A stretch of 64,000 nt of DNA from Eledone cirrhosa (GCA_964016885.1 OZ024748.1:41416001-41480000); one strand, 5' to 3'. Positions 40,467 to 55,830 are shown, numbered from the stretch's first letter. The notes: generated from the sequence alone by a model not told the origin. Made by a program: numbers and translations.

Positions 40467-41373
40467 AATCCAGGAACAGGAGATTAGCACGAAATACCTG
40501 ATTCACAAAAGAGATAGGGATGCAGGCAAAACACCTAGATGTGATAACAAGTGCAGTCTCTGCAGAACTAACATCGAGGATATCACCCATGCCATCAGCA
40601 GCTGTCCAAAGATGTCATCGCGGTACTATCTACCTATGAGGCATGATGTAGTGGCCAAAACACTGTACAATGCAGTTCGTAAAAAAGATAGCCCCGATAA
40701 TAAACACATTAAAAGCTACAGCAATGTGGAAGACATCCATGTACATAATATGAAAGAGTACTGGTGGAATGTTCCAGTAAAAACCCCAATAAAATGCAGG
40801 CATAACAGACCAGATATTATGATATGGGACAGGGAGAAGAAAACATGCACAGTAGTGGAAATTAGCTGCCCAGCAGATGCCAATATAATATCAAAGATTA
40901 GTGAAAAGGAGAATATTTATGCAGAACTGATGAAAAATCTGCAGATACTCCACCCTGATTACACCTTCAGATTTATGCCTGTGATTATTGGGGCACTGGG
41001 ATATGTTAGTAACTGCCTCAATACAAATCTTGAGAAGCTAGGCTTCACAGGAACAGAAAGAACACAACTAGTTAGGAAACTACAAGTACAATCCATTAAT
41101 GGAACAGTAAAAATATGTAAAACATTCCAAAAATTTTGCATCTAATAACTGCATATACACATGTACAGATACAAAGCATATACACATGCACACATACAAC
41201 TCAAAACATACACATCCACACATACAATAACATCCATATCTACACATGCATGCATACATACACATCTACCTAGTTGATGTTGTGTAAATTCCAATGAGAG
41301 AGTCTTGTGTCTATGTTAGAAACCGACTCTCTCTCTATTGGTAAAACTTTGTGAAATTATAAAAGCAGAAGAA
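40467..41373 (+). mobile_element. 5'-truncated R4/Dong-like non-LTR retrotransposon (restriction-like endonuclease)
   Basis: 40468-41145 carries the CCHC knuckle CSLC...EDITHAISSC, RHD, NRPD...VEISCP...K...Y (PD-(D/E)xK fold) and PVIIGALG. Both junctions are in (CATA)n. Confidence 0.88.
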
Positions 41374-41505
41374 CATACATACAATTGTCTTTAGACAAGG
41401 AAATCTTCAGAAGCCAGTCACGTTGACAAGGTGAGACATTAACTAGTCACGTGATAGTGGTGTAGAATGTCATCACGAGAGTAGACATAGTAGAGTATAT
41501 AAAAT

Positions 41506-41631
41506 GTTTAATAGAGAACTGGCTTCTACAGGACTAGAACTGTTTCACTCGAAGGAAATCATCAGACTTTCCTGGTAATTTCCTTCGATTGAAACAGTTC
41601 TAGTCCTGTAGAAGCCATTTCTATATTAAAC
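41506..41631. repeat. inverted repeat with a hammerhead-like core on the minus strand
   Basis: Arms at about 41506-41559 and 41578-41631. Reverse strand reads CTGATGA T TTC-CTTC-GAG T GAAAC AGTT CTAG. Stem I is weak. Confidence 0.7.
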
Positions 41632-41738
41632 TTTATGTATGTGTGTCCTTTTGTAGTTGACGGTGAAGAGAACAGAGTACTCAATACCGATGTAGAGTTT
41701 AGCCTTAATAATAATAATAATAATATATATATATATAC

Positions 41739-41803
<65 letters not shown>

Positions 41804-42259
41804 TATATATATATACATATACATATATATATATACTTTGGTGCGTTATGGTCCACCTGGTTCCTTACCACATTTCCTTCGTTATATATACATATATATA
41901 CATATATATACATATATATATATACACACACATATATATATATATACACATATATTTATATATATATATATATAACATATGTTAACCTTGGTCTTCCTCT
42001 TCTAGTGTGTCCATGTAGGGGCTCCCAAAGGAGCACTGAGTGCAATGTCAACTCTGGATGTCGGTGAGCATGTCCAGCCAACCTCAGTCTCCTCTGTGTC
42101 ACTTTTGAGCTGACTTTTGGGATGCTCCCATACATGTTGATGCCCTAAGGACAGACACTGGTCTGTTGGAGATGCAGGATATGGCAGCGATAATGAGGGA
42201 CAGAGACCGCTGGAGAGAACTCGTCCATGGATCTCGGGAATTTTACCCGCCTTAGATAG

Positions 42260-42304
<45 letters not shown>

Positions 42305-42311
42305 CATATAC

Positions 42312-42384
<73 letters not shown>

Positions 42385-42514
42385 TGTTATTACACATAAA
42401 ATTCTCACCAATTGATAGATAGACATATTTCTTGTATTAAATACAAATTGTAAACAACAATACAACAGTAAATTTATATATATATGTTGGGAGAGAGACA
42501 AATAGCAAGATATA

Positions 42515-42776
42515 TGTGTTGTTTCCTTGAGCAAGACACTTTATTTCACATTGCTCCAGTTTACTCAGCTGTAGAAATGAGATGATAAGGACTGGGGGTC
42601 CCTATTATTCCACTGCAAAGTGGTCGTGGAGGTGCCACGGCAAAAAAGCACCCAGCACTCAATGTAAATGAGGTTGGTGTTAGGAAGGGCATCCAGCTGT
42701 AGAAATCAAGCCAGATTCAGTTCCCGTCCCACCCTTGCAGGGAAAAGCGGACGTAAAATGATGATGATGATGATGA
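42515..42776 (+). mobile_element. 5'-truncated tRNA/RTE bipartite SINE
   Basis: Matches 2092-2361. Confidence 0.9.
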
Positions 42777-42789
42777 TATATATATATGT

Positions 42790-42831
<42 letters not shown>

Positions 42832-42924
42832 GGAGGGAGACAAATAGAAAGACATATATATATGTGTGTGCGTGTGTGTTAGGAGGGGGAGAGAGAACAA
42901 GAGGGAGTGGTAGGGATATATATA

Positions 42925-42965
<41 letters not shown>

Positions 42966-43253
42966 TAGTTGATAGAGAGATTTGAGAGAGAAATTTAGTT
43001 CCTGATTTTGTGGGCAGGTGGATTGTAAAGTGTTTGTGTGTGTGATGTGTGTATGATATATGTATGTTTGATGTGATGTGTGTGTGTATGATATGTGTGT
43101 TTGTGTGTGATGAGTGTGTGTGTGATGTGAGTATGATATGTATGTTTGATGTGTGTGTGTATGATATGTGTGTTTGTGTGTGATGTGTGTGTGTGTGATG
43201 GGGGTGGCTTTCTAAATGTGTATTGGGAGCAGCTGTCTTTTAGTAGTTAGTAA

Positions 43254-43320
43254 TGCGCATGCTCACCCGTTTCAACGTGAAGTGACGAAATAGTGGGCAG
43301 ATCCAATCAAATACTTCCGC
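43254..43320. promoter_or_regulatory. candidate promoter motif cluster (NRF1-like, CCAAT, ETS-like)
   Basis: TGCGCATGC at 43254, CCAATC at 43303 and ACTTCCG at 43313, in unique CpG-containing sequence. Motifs only; no gene was seen. Confidence 0.3.
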
Positions 43321-43967
43321 ACGACCTACCATTAATCTCTCTCTCTTTCCAACCCCCCTCCCTCTCTCTATATATCTATTTATATATCTATCACCCCCTC
43401 TCTCTCTCAACCCCTCTCCTCCTCTCACCCCCTCTCCTCCTCTCCTCCTCTCAACCCCCTCTCTCTCTCACCCCCTCTCTCTCTCTCAACCCCTCTCCCC
43501 CTCTCTCTATATCTATCTATCTATCACCCCCCCTCTCTCTCAACCTCTCTCCCCCTCTCTCTATATCTATCTATCTATCATCCCCTCTCTCTCTCTCAAC
43601 CCCTCTCCCCTTCTCTCTATATCTATCTATCTATCATCCCCTCTCTCTCTCTCAACCCCTCTCCCCCTCTCTCTATATCTATCTATCTATCTATCACCCC
43701 CCTCTCTCTCGGCCATCTTCTACGCAGTCTTCAATATTTATCGCAAAATGTTGACCAACTTTTACCTGAAATTATTGCAGGCTTTTTACACTGGAAAACA
43801 CACAAACATGATAAAAGTGTTGACCATCGTCGTTGGCGTCCTGACCGACGACACCAACATCATCGTCCCCTTCCACCTCCTTCTCTATATCATCATCTCT
43901 ACCTTGGTCATTATCGTTTGTCTGTATATGCACGCCTCCACACACTGCTCTCTCTCTCTCTCACTCA

Positions 43968-44111
<144 letters not shown>

Positions 44112-44305
44112 CACGTGAATTTAGATATCATAATATTAGTTCAACTAAATGAGATATGTATTCATTGAGTGCACAATTACCCCTAACAGTAGCCGGTGCT
44201 ATGTATTTATATTTAAAAGAATTAAACAAATAGGAGAATGGATCTGAAGCACACCATTTGAAATATATATATCCGTCCCCTCAATCTATCTTATTTCTAA
44301 TTCTT

Positions 44306-44341
44306 TCTTCTGATGAAGAACTAGCGTCCGAAACGTTAAGA
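44306..44341 (+). ncRNA. minimal hammerhead ribozyme (family of 11938-11973)
   Basis: TCTT CTGATGA A GAAC-TAGC-GTCC GAAAC GTT/AAGA, with one stem II mismatch. Confidence 0.7.
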
Positions 44342-44474
44342 CCCTCTTCCTGCTATATCAAGCGTTAACCTAATATATCCCTTCCATATACTGTACCGAT
44401 TGTGTTGTTATTTCTGTTTACCTTTTACATATATACATATATAAATATATATCAGGTGGTAAATATATTGTGTT

Positions 44475-44753
44475 GCTAAACTGGTACCTGTCATTAGTTC
44501 AACACCGCTGACGAGGTGACAGACGGAATATACAGATGTCTCGAGTGGTAAGTTGAGCCATAGATGGGGTGGCGTCGATAGTAGGGTGCAGAGGGTGTGC
44601 AGAGGCTACACACACACAAAGGGCATACAATATATATATATTTATATATATGTGTGTGTGGGGGGGGGGGGATATTTACCACCCGAGACATCTGTATATT
44701 CCGTCTGTCACCTCGTCAGCCGGTGTTGAAGTAATGACAGGTACCAGTTTAGC
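44475..44753. repeat. about 77-bp inverted repeat
   Basis: Arms at about 44475-44550 and 44676-44752. Each contains CTGACGAG but no intact GAAA. Confidence 0.85.
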
Positions 44754-45103
44754 TATACAACCATATAACGAGTGGTTGTAATATTAGACGAAGGTTTAAA
44801 ACCGCTGATAATGTTACTTCCGATTCTTATAGTTGTGATGTAGATTATGTCAGCCGAGTTCATGGTGTGGACTTACGCTTCATCTTTCTAACATTAAATA
44901 CGCGTTTGAAACTCATTAAAATCTTGGTGTAAAATATTGGGAATAGAAACTGGGAAGTATTAAAAGACATTTGACAATATAATATAGAGAAAAATTATAT
45001 TTATATATATATATAAATATATATAATAAATTGAGAGAATAACCAAGTTAGACTTACAATTTTATTTTACATACGTTTCAGTGTGTGTATATATATATAT
45101 ATA

Positions 45104-45227
45104 TGTCTTTTCTAGTTTATATTTCATTCCGAATCTTACAGCTCACGAACGCTTTCATTGATATATATATTGATTAAAGCGTTCGTGAACTGTAAGATTC
45201 GGAATGAAATATAAACTAGAAAAGACA
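45104..45227. repeat. about 53-bp inverted repeat around a (TA)n loop
   Basis: TGTCTTTTCTAGTTTATATTTCATTCCGAATCTTACAG pairs with CTGTAAGATTCGGAATGAAATATAAACTAGAAAAGACA. Confidence 0.85.
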
Positions 45228-47296
45228 ACTATAACACAGAACTAAATATTTTCTACAATAATTTCAACAACAAATTTCTACGACGTAATTAGAAAATTAA
45301 AATTTGATATTTATGTTTTCCACAGTTAACATAATTAAGTAATTAATCATCTTTAACTGTTTAATAATATATTACATATTAAAATATTTAACAGTGTTAA
45401 TAATATATTATATACATATTATAATACTAAACAGTGCAGACAAAATTAAAAATCAATGCAGACTTTATATTATACACTCCACAAATATATTTTACATATA
45501 ATACTTGCATGGTCCCGTAACTCTTGAGGGAGTCGTAGGGGCGCCATGTTGATATATGGTGTTTCTATGGCACCTATATTGATATATGGTGTTTCTAGGG
45601 CACTATATTGATATATAGTGTTTCTAGGGCAATATATTGATATATGGTGTTTCTAGGGCACCTATAAACCTGGCAGAGCTCGACTCATCTCCACGTCTGA
45701 ATACAGCAGATGTCTTCCAGAGACGGAGAGAGAAAGTGAGTGAATGGAAGTGAGAAAGAGATATAGAGGAAGAATCTACCCCAGTATTAGACTGGTACAT
45801 TTTTTATCGACCTTGAATGGGTGAAATGTAAAGTTGACCTCAACGGGATTTGATCTCAGAGAGTAGAGAGCTGAAACGAATATCACAATTATTTTATTCG
45901 GCGTTCTAACAACTCTATATAAGATCTACCAGATGTCATTGGGGTCTCGTCACCTGATGTGGTGTAGTATAAGATCCACCAGATGTCATTGAGGTCTGGT
46001 CACTAGATGTGGTGTGGTGTTATATAAGATCCACCAGATGTCATTGAGGTCTGGTCTCCAGATGTGGTGTTATATAAGATCCAGCAGTATTCCTTGGGGA
46101 GAGTTTTGTGCCAGTTCTCCTCCCCCACCCCCACCCATCCAAAAAAAAAGCAAAGACACAAAAATCACAGAAAATTCCTTATAAAAACAGAAAAAACACT
46201 GAAAATCCTAAAAATATGAATAATTCTGTGTTGTTTTCTCATTGTCAAATATTACCCCAGGGTTTTCTTCTCAAGCACAACCACCACAAACGCCTCCATT
46301 CCCTCCCAAAACTAAAATCTATCCACATGTTCGTTAATCTGCAGTTATTATTTTATATATATAAGTTTATATATTTTCTCTTCTATTTTATGTTTTGCCA
46401 TGTTCAATATAGAAAAGCCTAAATGCAGGTGTAAGGGAAAACACTTTAACAGGTGTTGCGTGCAACATATTTGTTGTATAAGAGAGAAATAGAAATGTTA
46501 TCACTATATTATTTCATTATTGATATTGTCAGCCTGGTTATTGTACCTATTATTTCCAGCATACCTTAGCAATATCAACACGATCAAGAATGTGTATTGT
46601 CACGCTATTCCTTTTTAGGTAAGATATTTCTTGTGTCACCATTAAATGTAGGACCGATTTGGTTGACTCCTCTCGTTATAATGTTAGACATGTGTACCAC
46701 CTAGGATCTCTGCTCGCTGAGTTCAAATCCCGTCGTGGTCCACTTTACCTCTCATATTCATCCTGAATGTTCATCTTAATACACACACACACCAGACACA
46801 CATACACACACACGCGCGCGCGCGTACACACATATATATGTATGTGAGAGAGTAAGTAATTATGTATGTATGTTTGTCGCATCCCACTATGTATTTCTCT
46901 CTCTCCTCTCAATTCTCTCTTGACACACACACACACTCACACACTCACACACACTCACACACACACACACACACTCACACACACACAAACATACTCACTC
47001 ACACACGCACACACATTCACACACACACACAGACTCACTCACACACACACACACTCACACACACACACACACACTCACACACACACACTCACACACACAC
47101 ACACACACACACATACTCACACCCACACACACACTCACTCACACGCACGCACACACTCACACACACACACACACACACTCACACACACACACTCACACAC
47201 ACATACTCACACACATATTCACACACACTCACACATTCTCACACACACAGACACACACACACTCACACGCACACACACACCCACCCACACACACAC

Positions 47297-47329
<33 letters not shown>

Positions 47330-47386
47330 CGTACATATAAAGATATATAAATGTGTGTATGAATCTATTTATGTAACTGTATCTGT

Positions 47387-47437
<51 letters not shown>

Positions 47438-48095
47438 CCTTATCAGACAGTCACTAAAAAACGATATTGACCTTTTAGTACTTACTAACACCAACCAACC
47501 ATCCACCCACCCAACCATCACTCAGCCATCCAACTAGCCATCCACCCAGCCATCCACCCACCCAACCAACCATCCACCCAGCCATCCAACTAGCCATCCA
47601 CCCAGCCATCCACCCACCCAACCAACCATCCACCCAGCCATCCATCCAACCATCGAACAAACCCACGCTTCTAACCGCCCACCACCCGCCACCACCCCCA
47701 TCACCACACACACGCCACTAACACAAGATCCTCTGACGACTTCCCCCCCCTCTCCACATCTACACCGCCACCCCACTCTTCCATATCCCTCCATCTATCT
47801 ACCTACTCCCACTCCTACTCTCCTGTCTACTCCCACCACAACCAAACATGGAGGTTACACAAAACGACACAACATCGATACAAGATGGCGTATCTCCCAG
47901 GTTGCAGGGCCAAAACTTATTGACTTCATCGAAGACAATCACAAAACTACATTATTTTATTTACTAAATCGTTTTTATTGTTTTCTTCTTCACAGTTTTA
48001 CACTCTTCCCCCGGCATAACGGGGAACATGATCGGTTTTCGATAATAATTCATAGTTGAATAATACTGGCAGATTTGTGTGTGTATATATATATA

Positions 48096-48674
48096 CATGT
48101 ATCCCAGTACAACCTGTCTCATGGTTGGGTCGTTGGCGACTAAACTGGCAACCCCACCAAGGTTTCTTGGTGAGGAGGGTGACTTTGGACACCCTGCAGG
48201 ACTAAAACCAAAACCTGTCAAAGGGCAAAGGAGCTCTTAAGAGTCAATGGCCATCCAAAATCACCGGGAGAGATGACCCCTTAGCCTTTGTCAAGGCAGA
48301 ATTCTAGGAGAAGGAAAACTCTGATATAACACCTGCAACCCTGATGGTATCCAATGATGTTGACTTGTTCTTCTTTTTGGTAAATATCATCTTAGTTAAG
48401 AGAGTGGGACTGGCTTTGTGCAGTGCCTTTGCTCACTATAAAAGCTTCACGGCACAGGCATTGCTTTATATCTGGAGATCTCTCTCCACTTGTCGTCACA
48501 TGGTACCATGGGCCCAGCATTATGTGTCAGTAATTGTCACAAGTGTAGTGTTTGTACTAGAGTTTTCAAGTCGCTGGCTGGACTAAAAGGTCACACTCGT
48601 TCAGCGCAAGGGTAGGGGTTCTCCTACATAGATATAAAGTAGTGGCCGTACTCGAAAACGAGTTGGCAGCCACC
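48096..48674 (+). mobile_element. about 580-bp dispersed repeat (copy of 25903-26469)
   Basis: Reverse-complement match. The ORF track shows the same MTGF..SPAGCPKSPSSPRNLGG peptide at both loci. Confidence 0.8.
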
Positions 48675-48724
48675 ATATATATAAGGGACTGTCTTCTAGT
48701 CCAGCAGTCGCAAGCGGTGGGAGA

Positions 48725-48770
48725 GATCGTCCTGACGATGGCCAGTTAAGCCTGAAATGCATAGACGGTT
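48725..48770 (+). ncRNA. minimal hammerhead ribozyme
   Basis: GATCGTC CTGACGA T GGC-CAGTTAA-GCC T GAAA TGCA TA/GACGGTT. Stem III is the palindrome ATGCAT. Confidence 0.85.
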
Positions 48771-48884
48771 GTCCCCTTTGCTTCTGCTGGACATCACCAG
48801 AGGGCGTTAACCTCCCCCCCCCCCGTAGTTTGCATAGCTACGGCTTCCTAAAAGCGTATTTCTTTCGAAATACAAAATTTCTAT

Positions 48885-48980
<96 letters not shown>

Positions 48981-49121
48981 GCTTCTACTTTTTGGCACAA
49001 GGCCAGCAATTAGCCAGTGCATTACTGGTACTTTATCATAAAGGGCTGTAACTCTGGCGTCCGACCCTCTACCGATACTGCCAATCCACCATATATATAA
49101 CGGACGTTAAATGGTGATAAT

Positions 49122-49172
<51 letters not shown>

Positions 49173-49305
49173 GTTTCTACTTTTGGCACAAGGCCAGCAA
49201 TTACCCAATGTATTACTGGTACTTTATTTTATCGACCCCGTAAGGATGAAAGGCAAAGTTAAATCCACCATATATATAATGGACGTTAAATGGTGATAAT
49301 TGTGA

Positions 49306-49354
<49 letters not shown>

Positions 49355-49924
49355 AACATAAATTATCGAGATTCGCATTTCGGCCCACGAAATAACGAAA
49401 AACAACCTCCGAAATGTGTGGCAAGTGCTCAATGATGCAGATGAACCAGAGCTATAACAAACGTTAAAGGCCAAACACACTGAGACGATGGTTAAACAAT
49501 CATTCGCAGAGCCAAAAAAAAAAAACGATTAAGTAATTCGGGTATTGAAAATTTACCCGGACCCCTGGAAGGCTGGTAAAATCCAGTATTTGGGTTTCTG
49601 CGGCTCCTAAATCAAGTACCGTCCGCTTACATAAATAATGTCAGGCTTCTGGTAAGATGATTGAACAAGGAATGCCACTTTCTCAACAGGTTTTAGTTCA
49701 ATGTTAATACAAGGACTGACTATTGCTGACTCCACGTGGGGATCGGCAAGGGAGGCAGCCCCTATATCAGGCGAATAAATTCAGTTGTGTATATTTTTGC
49801 AAAAATGCAAAAACATCACAAATCGAATAGAGTTCTCAACAGAAGGGTTAAAATTAACATAAGCTATTCATCAGTCAATAGAATCAACTAAAAAATCAAG
49901 AAAATTAACTGGTCAATAGCTATG

Positions 49925-49978
<54 letters not shown>

Positions 49979-50077
49979 ATTATATGTATGTATGCATTTA
50001 TTTAAGAGACATTGCTGTAGAAATCTGCTGATTTGCCGGATATTTTCATTTCGAATAAAAAGGGGCCGTGTCCTTGA

Positions 50078-50303
50078 AGACCTAAATCTCGCTCACCCCG
50101 AGACCTCCAAGACCTAAATCTCGTTCTGTCCAGACACCCCGAGACCTCCAAGACCTAAATCTCGTTCTGTCCAGACACCCCGAAATCTCCAAGACCTAAA
50201 TCTCGTTCTGTCGAGACACCCCGAGTCCTAAATCTCGTTCTGTCCAGACACCCCGAGACCTCCAAGACATAAATCTCGTTCTGTCCAGACACCCCGAGAC
50301 CTC
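50078..50303. repeat. about 41-bp minisatellite, about 5.5 copies
   Basis: Unit GACCTAAATCTCGTTCTGTCCAGACACCCCGAGACCTCCAA. Confidence 0.9.
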
Positions 50304-50629
50304 CTTACATTGACACTAGTGAACACTTAAGGAGAAATACATAATACAAGTGATACATACACACACACACATACACACACACAGAGAGACACAGACACAC
50401 ACACACACAGACACAGCCACACACACACACAGACACACACACACGCATACACATACGCACACACACAGACACACACACGCACACACACAGACACACATAG
50501 ACACACACAGACAGACACACACACGCACACACACACGATTGGACAAGAACGAGGAACGTTTTTTTCTTTACAAACTTGCCACCGGGAAGGTGTCTGGTAA
50601 AAAATAAACACAAAATTATGACGGATCAC

Positions 50630-50967
50630 ATGCATACACACACATAGATATACACACACACACATAGATATACACACACACATAGATACACACATAGATA
50701 CACACACACACACATAGATACACACACACATAGATACACATATATACACACACATAGATACACACACACACATAGATACAAACACACACATAGATACACA
50801 CACATAGATACACACACATACACATAGATACACACACACACACATAGATACACACACACACATAGATACACACACACACACATAGATACACACACACACA
50901 GAGATACACACACACAGATAGATACACACACACACATAGATACACACACACACACATAGATACACAA

Positions 50968-50998
<31 letters not shown>

Positions 50999-52462
50999 TA
51001 GATACACACACACACATAGATACACACATATACACACACTTGCACATTATACGCACATATATATACACACACACATATACACGCATACACACATACAGAC
51101 GTATATATATATTCATATCCACATACACACACATATAGACACACATATATACATACATAAACACACACATATATACACACATATATACACACATATACAC
51201 ACACATATACATATACACACATATATATACACACATATATATACACACATATATACACATATATACACACATATATACACACATATACACACAGATGATA
51301 TATACACACATATATACACATATATATATACATATACACACATATATACACACATATATAAACATATATACACACATACTCACACATATATACACACATA
51401 TATACACACATATATACACACATATACACACATATATACACACACATATATACACACATATACAGATAAATACTCATATATACACACATATACATACACA
51501 TATATACACACACATATACACACACATATATACACACATATATACACACACATATACACACATATATACACACATATACACACATATATATACACACATA
51601 TATACACACATATATACACATATATACACACATATATACACATATATACACACATATATACACACATATATACACACATATACACACATATATATATACA
51701 GATATATACACATATATACACATATATATATACACATATATACACACATATACACACATATACACACATATATACACATATATACACACATATATAAACA
51801 CATATACACACATATATATACACACATATATACACATATATATACTCATATATACACACATATATACACACATATATACACACATATATACACACATATA
51901 TAAACACATATACACACATATATATACACACATATATACACATATATATACACATATATACACACATATATACACACATATATACACACATATATACACA
52001 CATATATATACACACATATACACACATATATATATACACATATATACACATATATACACACATATATATACACATATATACACACATATACACACATATA
52101 TACACACATATATACACACATATATACACACATATATACACACATATATAAACACATATATACACATATATACACACATATACACACATATATATACACA
52201 CATATATACACACATATATACACATATATATACACATATATACACACATATATACACACATATATACACACATATATACACACATATATATACACACATA
52301 TACACACATATATATATACACATATATACACATATATACACACATATATATACACATATATACACACATATACACACATATATACACACATATATACACA
52401 CATATATACACACATATATACACACATATATAAACACATATATATACACATATATACACACA
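50630..52462. repeat. compound (CA)/(TA) microsatellite array
   Basis: CACATAGATA and CACATATATA units. Confidence 0.9.
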
Positions 52463-52665
52463 GGCTATTGAAATTCTCTCCATGTAATAATGTTATTATT
52501 TATTTATTTGTTTTTTCTTGACTCTTCGCCTTTTTGTTGTTTTGTTGTTTTGTTGCTTTTACTTCTTTGTTTTTTTACTTGTTTTATTTTATTTTGGAGA
52601 GGGGGGAGCAGAGGGGGATGGAGAGAGGGGGAGAAAGTCAGTTAGATAGAGAGAGAGAGAAAAGA

Positions 52666-54378
52666 TGGTGGTGGTGGTGGTGGTGGTGGTGGTGTTGGTA
52701 GTGGTGATGTTACTGCTGTTGATGTATGTGGTGGTGGTGTCGGTGGTGTGGAAGTGGCGGTGGTGTCGGTGGTGATGGCGATCTCGGTGGTGGTGGTGGT
52801 GGTGGTAATGGTCATGGTGGTGGTGGTGGTGGTGATGGTGGTAGTGTTGTATCTGATGGTGGTGGTGGTGGTGTTGGTGGTGTTGGTGGTGGTGGTGTAT
52901 CTGATGGTGGTGTTGGTGGTGGTGTTGGTGGTGGTGTTGGTGGTGGTGTTGGTGGTGGTGTTGGTGGTGGTGGTGTTGGTGGTGGTGGTGTTGGTGGTGG
53001 TGGTGTATCTGATGATGTTGGTGGTGGTGGTGGTGGTGGTGGTGTTGGTGGTGGTGTTGGTGGTGGTGTTGGTGGTGGTGTTGGTGGTGGTGTTGGTGGT
53101 GGTGTTGTATCTGATGGTGGTGGTGGTGGTGTTGGTGGTGGTGGTGTTGGTGGTGGTGGTGTATCTGATGATGTTGGTGGTGGTGTTGTATCTGATGGTG
53201 ATGGTGGTGGTGGTGGTGGTGTTGGTGGTGGTGTTGGTGGTGGTGTTGTATCTGATGATGATGGTGGTGGTGGTGGTGTTGGTGGTGGTGTTGGTGTTGG
53301 TGGTGGTGTTGTATCTGATGATGGTGGTGGTGGTGGTGTTGGTGGTGGTGGTGTTGTATCTGATGATGGTGGTGGTGGTGGTGTTGGTGGTGGTGTTGGT
53401 GTTGGTGGTGGTGTTGTATCTGATGATGGTGGTGGTGGTGGTGTTGGTGGTGGTGGTGTTGTATCTGATGATGGTGGTGGTGGTGGTGGTGGTGTTGGTG
53501 TTGGTGTTGGTGGTGGTGGTGTTGTATCTGATGATGGTGGTGGTGGTGGTGGTGTTGGTGGTGGTGGTGTTGTATCTGATGATGGTGGTGGTGGTGGTGG
53601 TGGTGTTGGTGTTGGTGTTGGTGGTGGTGGTGTTGTATCTGATGATGGTGGTGGTGGTGGTGTTGGTGGTGGTGGTGTTGTATCTGATGATGGTGGTGGT
53701 GGTGGTGTTGGTGGTGGTGTTGGTGTTGGTGGTGGTGTTGTATCTGATGATGGTGGTGGTGGTGGTGTTGGTGGTGGTGGTGTTGTATCTGATGATGGTG
53801 GTGGTGGTGGTGTTGGTGGTGGTGTTGGTGTTGGTGGTGGTGTTGTATCTGATGATGGTGGTGGTGGTGGTGGTGTTGGTGGTGGTGGTGTTGTATCTGA
53901 TGATGGTGGTGGTGGTGGTGGTGGTGTTGGTGTTGGTGTTGGTGGTGGTGGTGTTGTATCTGATGATGGTGGTGGTGGTGGTGTTGGTGGTGGTGGTGTT
54001 GTATCTGATGATGGTGGTGGTGGTGGTGTTGGTGGTGGTGTTGGTGTTGGTGGTGGTGTTGTATCTGATGATGGTGGTGGTGGTGGTGTTGGTGGTGGTG
54101 GTGTTGTATCTGATGATGGTGGTGGTGGTGGTGGTGGTGTTGGTGTTGGTGTTGGTGGTGGTGGTGTTGTATCTGATGATGGTGGTGGTGGTGGTGGTGT
54201 TGGTGGTGGTGGTGTTGTATCTGATGATGGTGGTGGTGGTGGTGGTGGTGTTGGTGTTGGTGTTGGTGGTGGTGGTGTTGTATCTGATGATGGTGGTGGT
54301 GGTGGTGGTGTTGGTGGTGGTGTTGGTGGTGGTGGTGTTGGTGGTGGTGTTGGTGGTGGTGGTGTTGTATCTGATGAT
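52666..54378. repeat. (GGT)n-based minisatellite punctuated by GTATCTGATGAT
   Basis: Pure triplet structure, open in two frames (poly-G and poly-V). Confidence 0.9.
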
Positions 54379-55003
54379 AAAGAAGAGTCTAATGGCGGCT
54401 TATTAGTTTAAGTAACAATATTACCATCACATTATTTCATTAGTCGTATCATTGTCCCAACGCCCAAATCATAAACCTCAGATAAACTTGTTCCGTTTAA
54501 AAAATGCCATCTTAATCTCTCTTTTTAATTGTTCCACTCACCGTTTTATCTACCACACGCTGTCACACACACACGCGCACACACACGCACACACACTATC
54601 TCTCTCGCTTTCACACACACACTATCTCTCTCTCTTACTCACACAGACACTATCTTTCTCTCTCTCTCTTACATACACACACACTATCTCTCTCTTACAC
54701 ACGCACAAACACACACACTCACTCACACACAAACACACACTCTTCACCCTCCATCAAAGATAAGATGAAATTCGTGTGAAGTATGTGTGTGAATATGTAT
54801 GTATATATATATATGTGTGTGTGTAGGTATTATATATATATATATGTATTTATGTATGTGTGTGTGTGTGTATGATTGTACATATATATATGTATGTATG
54901 CTTGTGTGTATGTATATATACATATATTAGTGTATATATGTATATACGTATATACATATACTATATATATAAATACATACACTAATTGTGTGTGTGTGTC
55001 TGT

Positions 55004-55042
<39 letters not shown>

Positions 55043-55080
55043 TGTGTTTGTGTGTGTTTGTGTTTGTGTCTGTGTGTGTG

Positions 55081-55111
<31 letters not shown>

Positions 55112-55145
55112 TTGTGTGTGTTTGTGTTTGTGTGTGTTTGTGTTT

Positions 55146-55220
<75 letters not shown>

Positions 55221-55232
55221 TGTGTGTGTTTG

Positions 55233-55275
<43 letters not shown>

Positions 55276-55594
55276 TTGTGTGTGTTTGTGTGTGTGTTTG
55301 TGTGTGTTTGTGTGTGTGTGTGTGTGTTTGTGTGTTTGTGTGTGTGTTTGTGTGTGTGTGTAGACGGGTGTGACAAGATTACACCGCAAGGTTCCAGGTA
55401 TCTAAACTGTGGACAATAACATGATTTGGAATAGTACGTGGTGGTGGTCACGTGTAGTGAAGAGGGTGGGTTTCCTTTGACTGTAGCCATAGTAACTACC
55501 CAGCATATATAGACGTATACACACACACATACATACACACACACATATATATATATATATATGTGTATATATTATATATATATGTATTACATAT

Positions 55595-55638
<44 letters not shown>

Positions 55639-55747
55639 TATATATGTGTGTGTCTATATATTATATATATATGTATTATATATATATATATATATACATA
55701 TATATATACATATATATACACATCTGTCTACATGTATGTATATTCTA

Positions 55748-55806
<59 letters not shown>

Positions 55807-55830
55807 GTCTACATGTATGTAGACTGTGTC

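Noticed and set aside
52726-54411. 561-aa glycine-rich structural protein
   Set aside because: Essentially only GGT/GTT/GAT codons with no synonymous variation, and a second frame is equally open. It is a triplet-repeat expansion.
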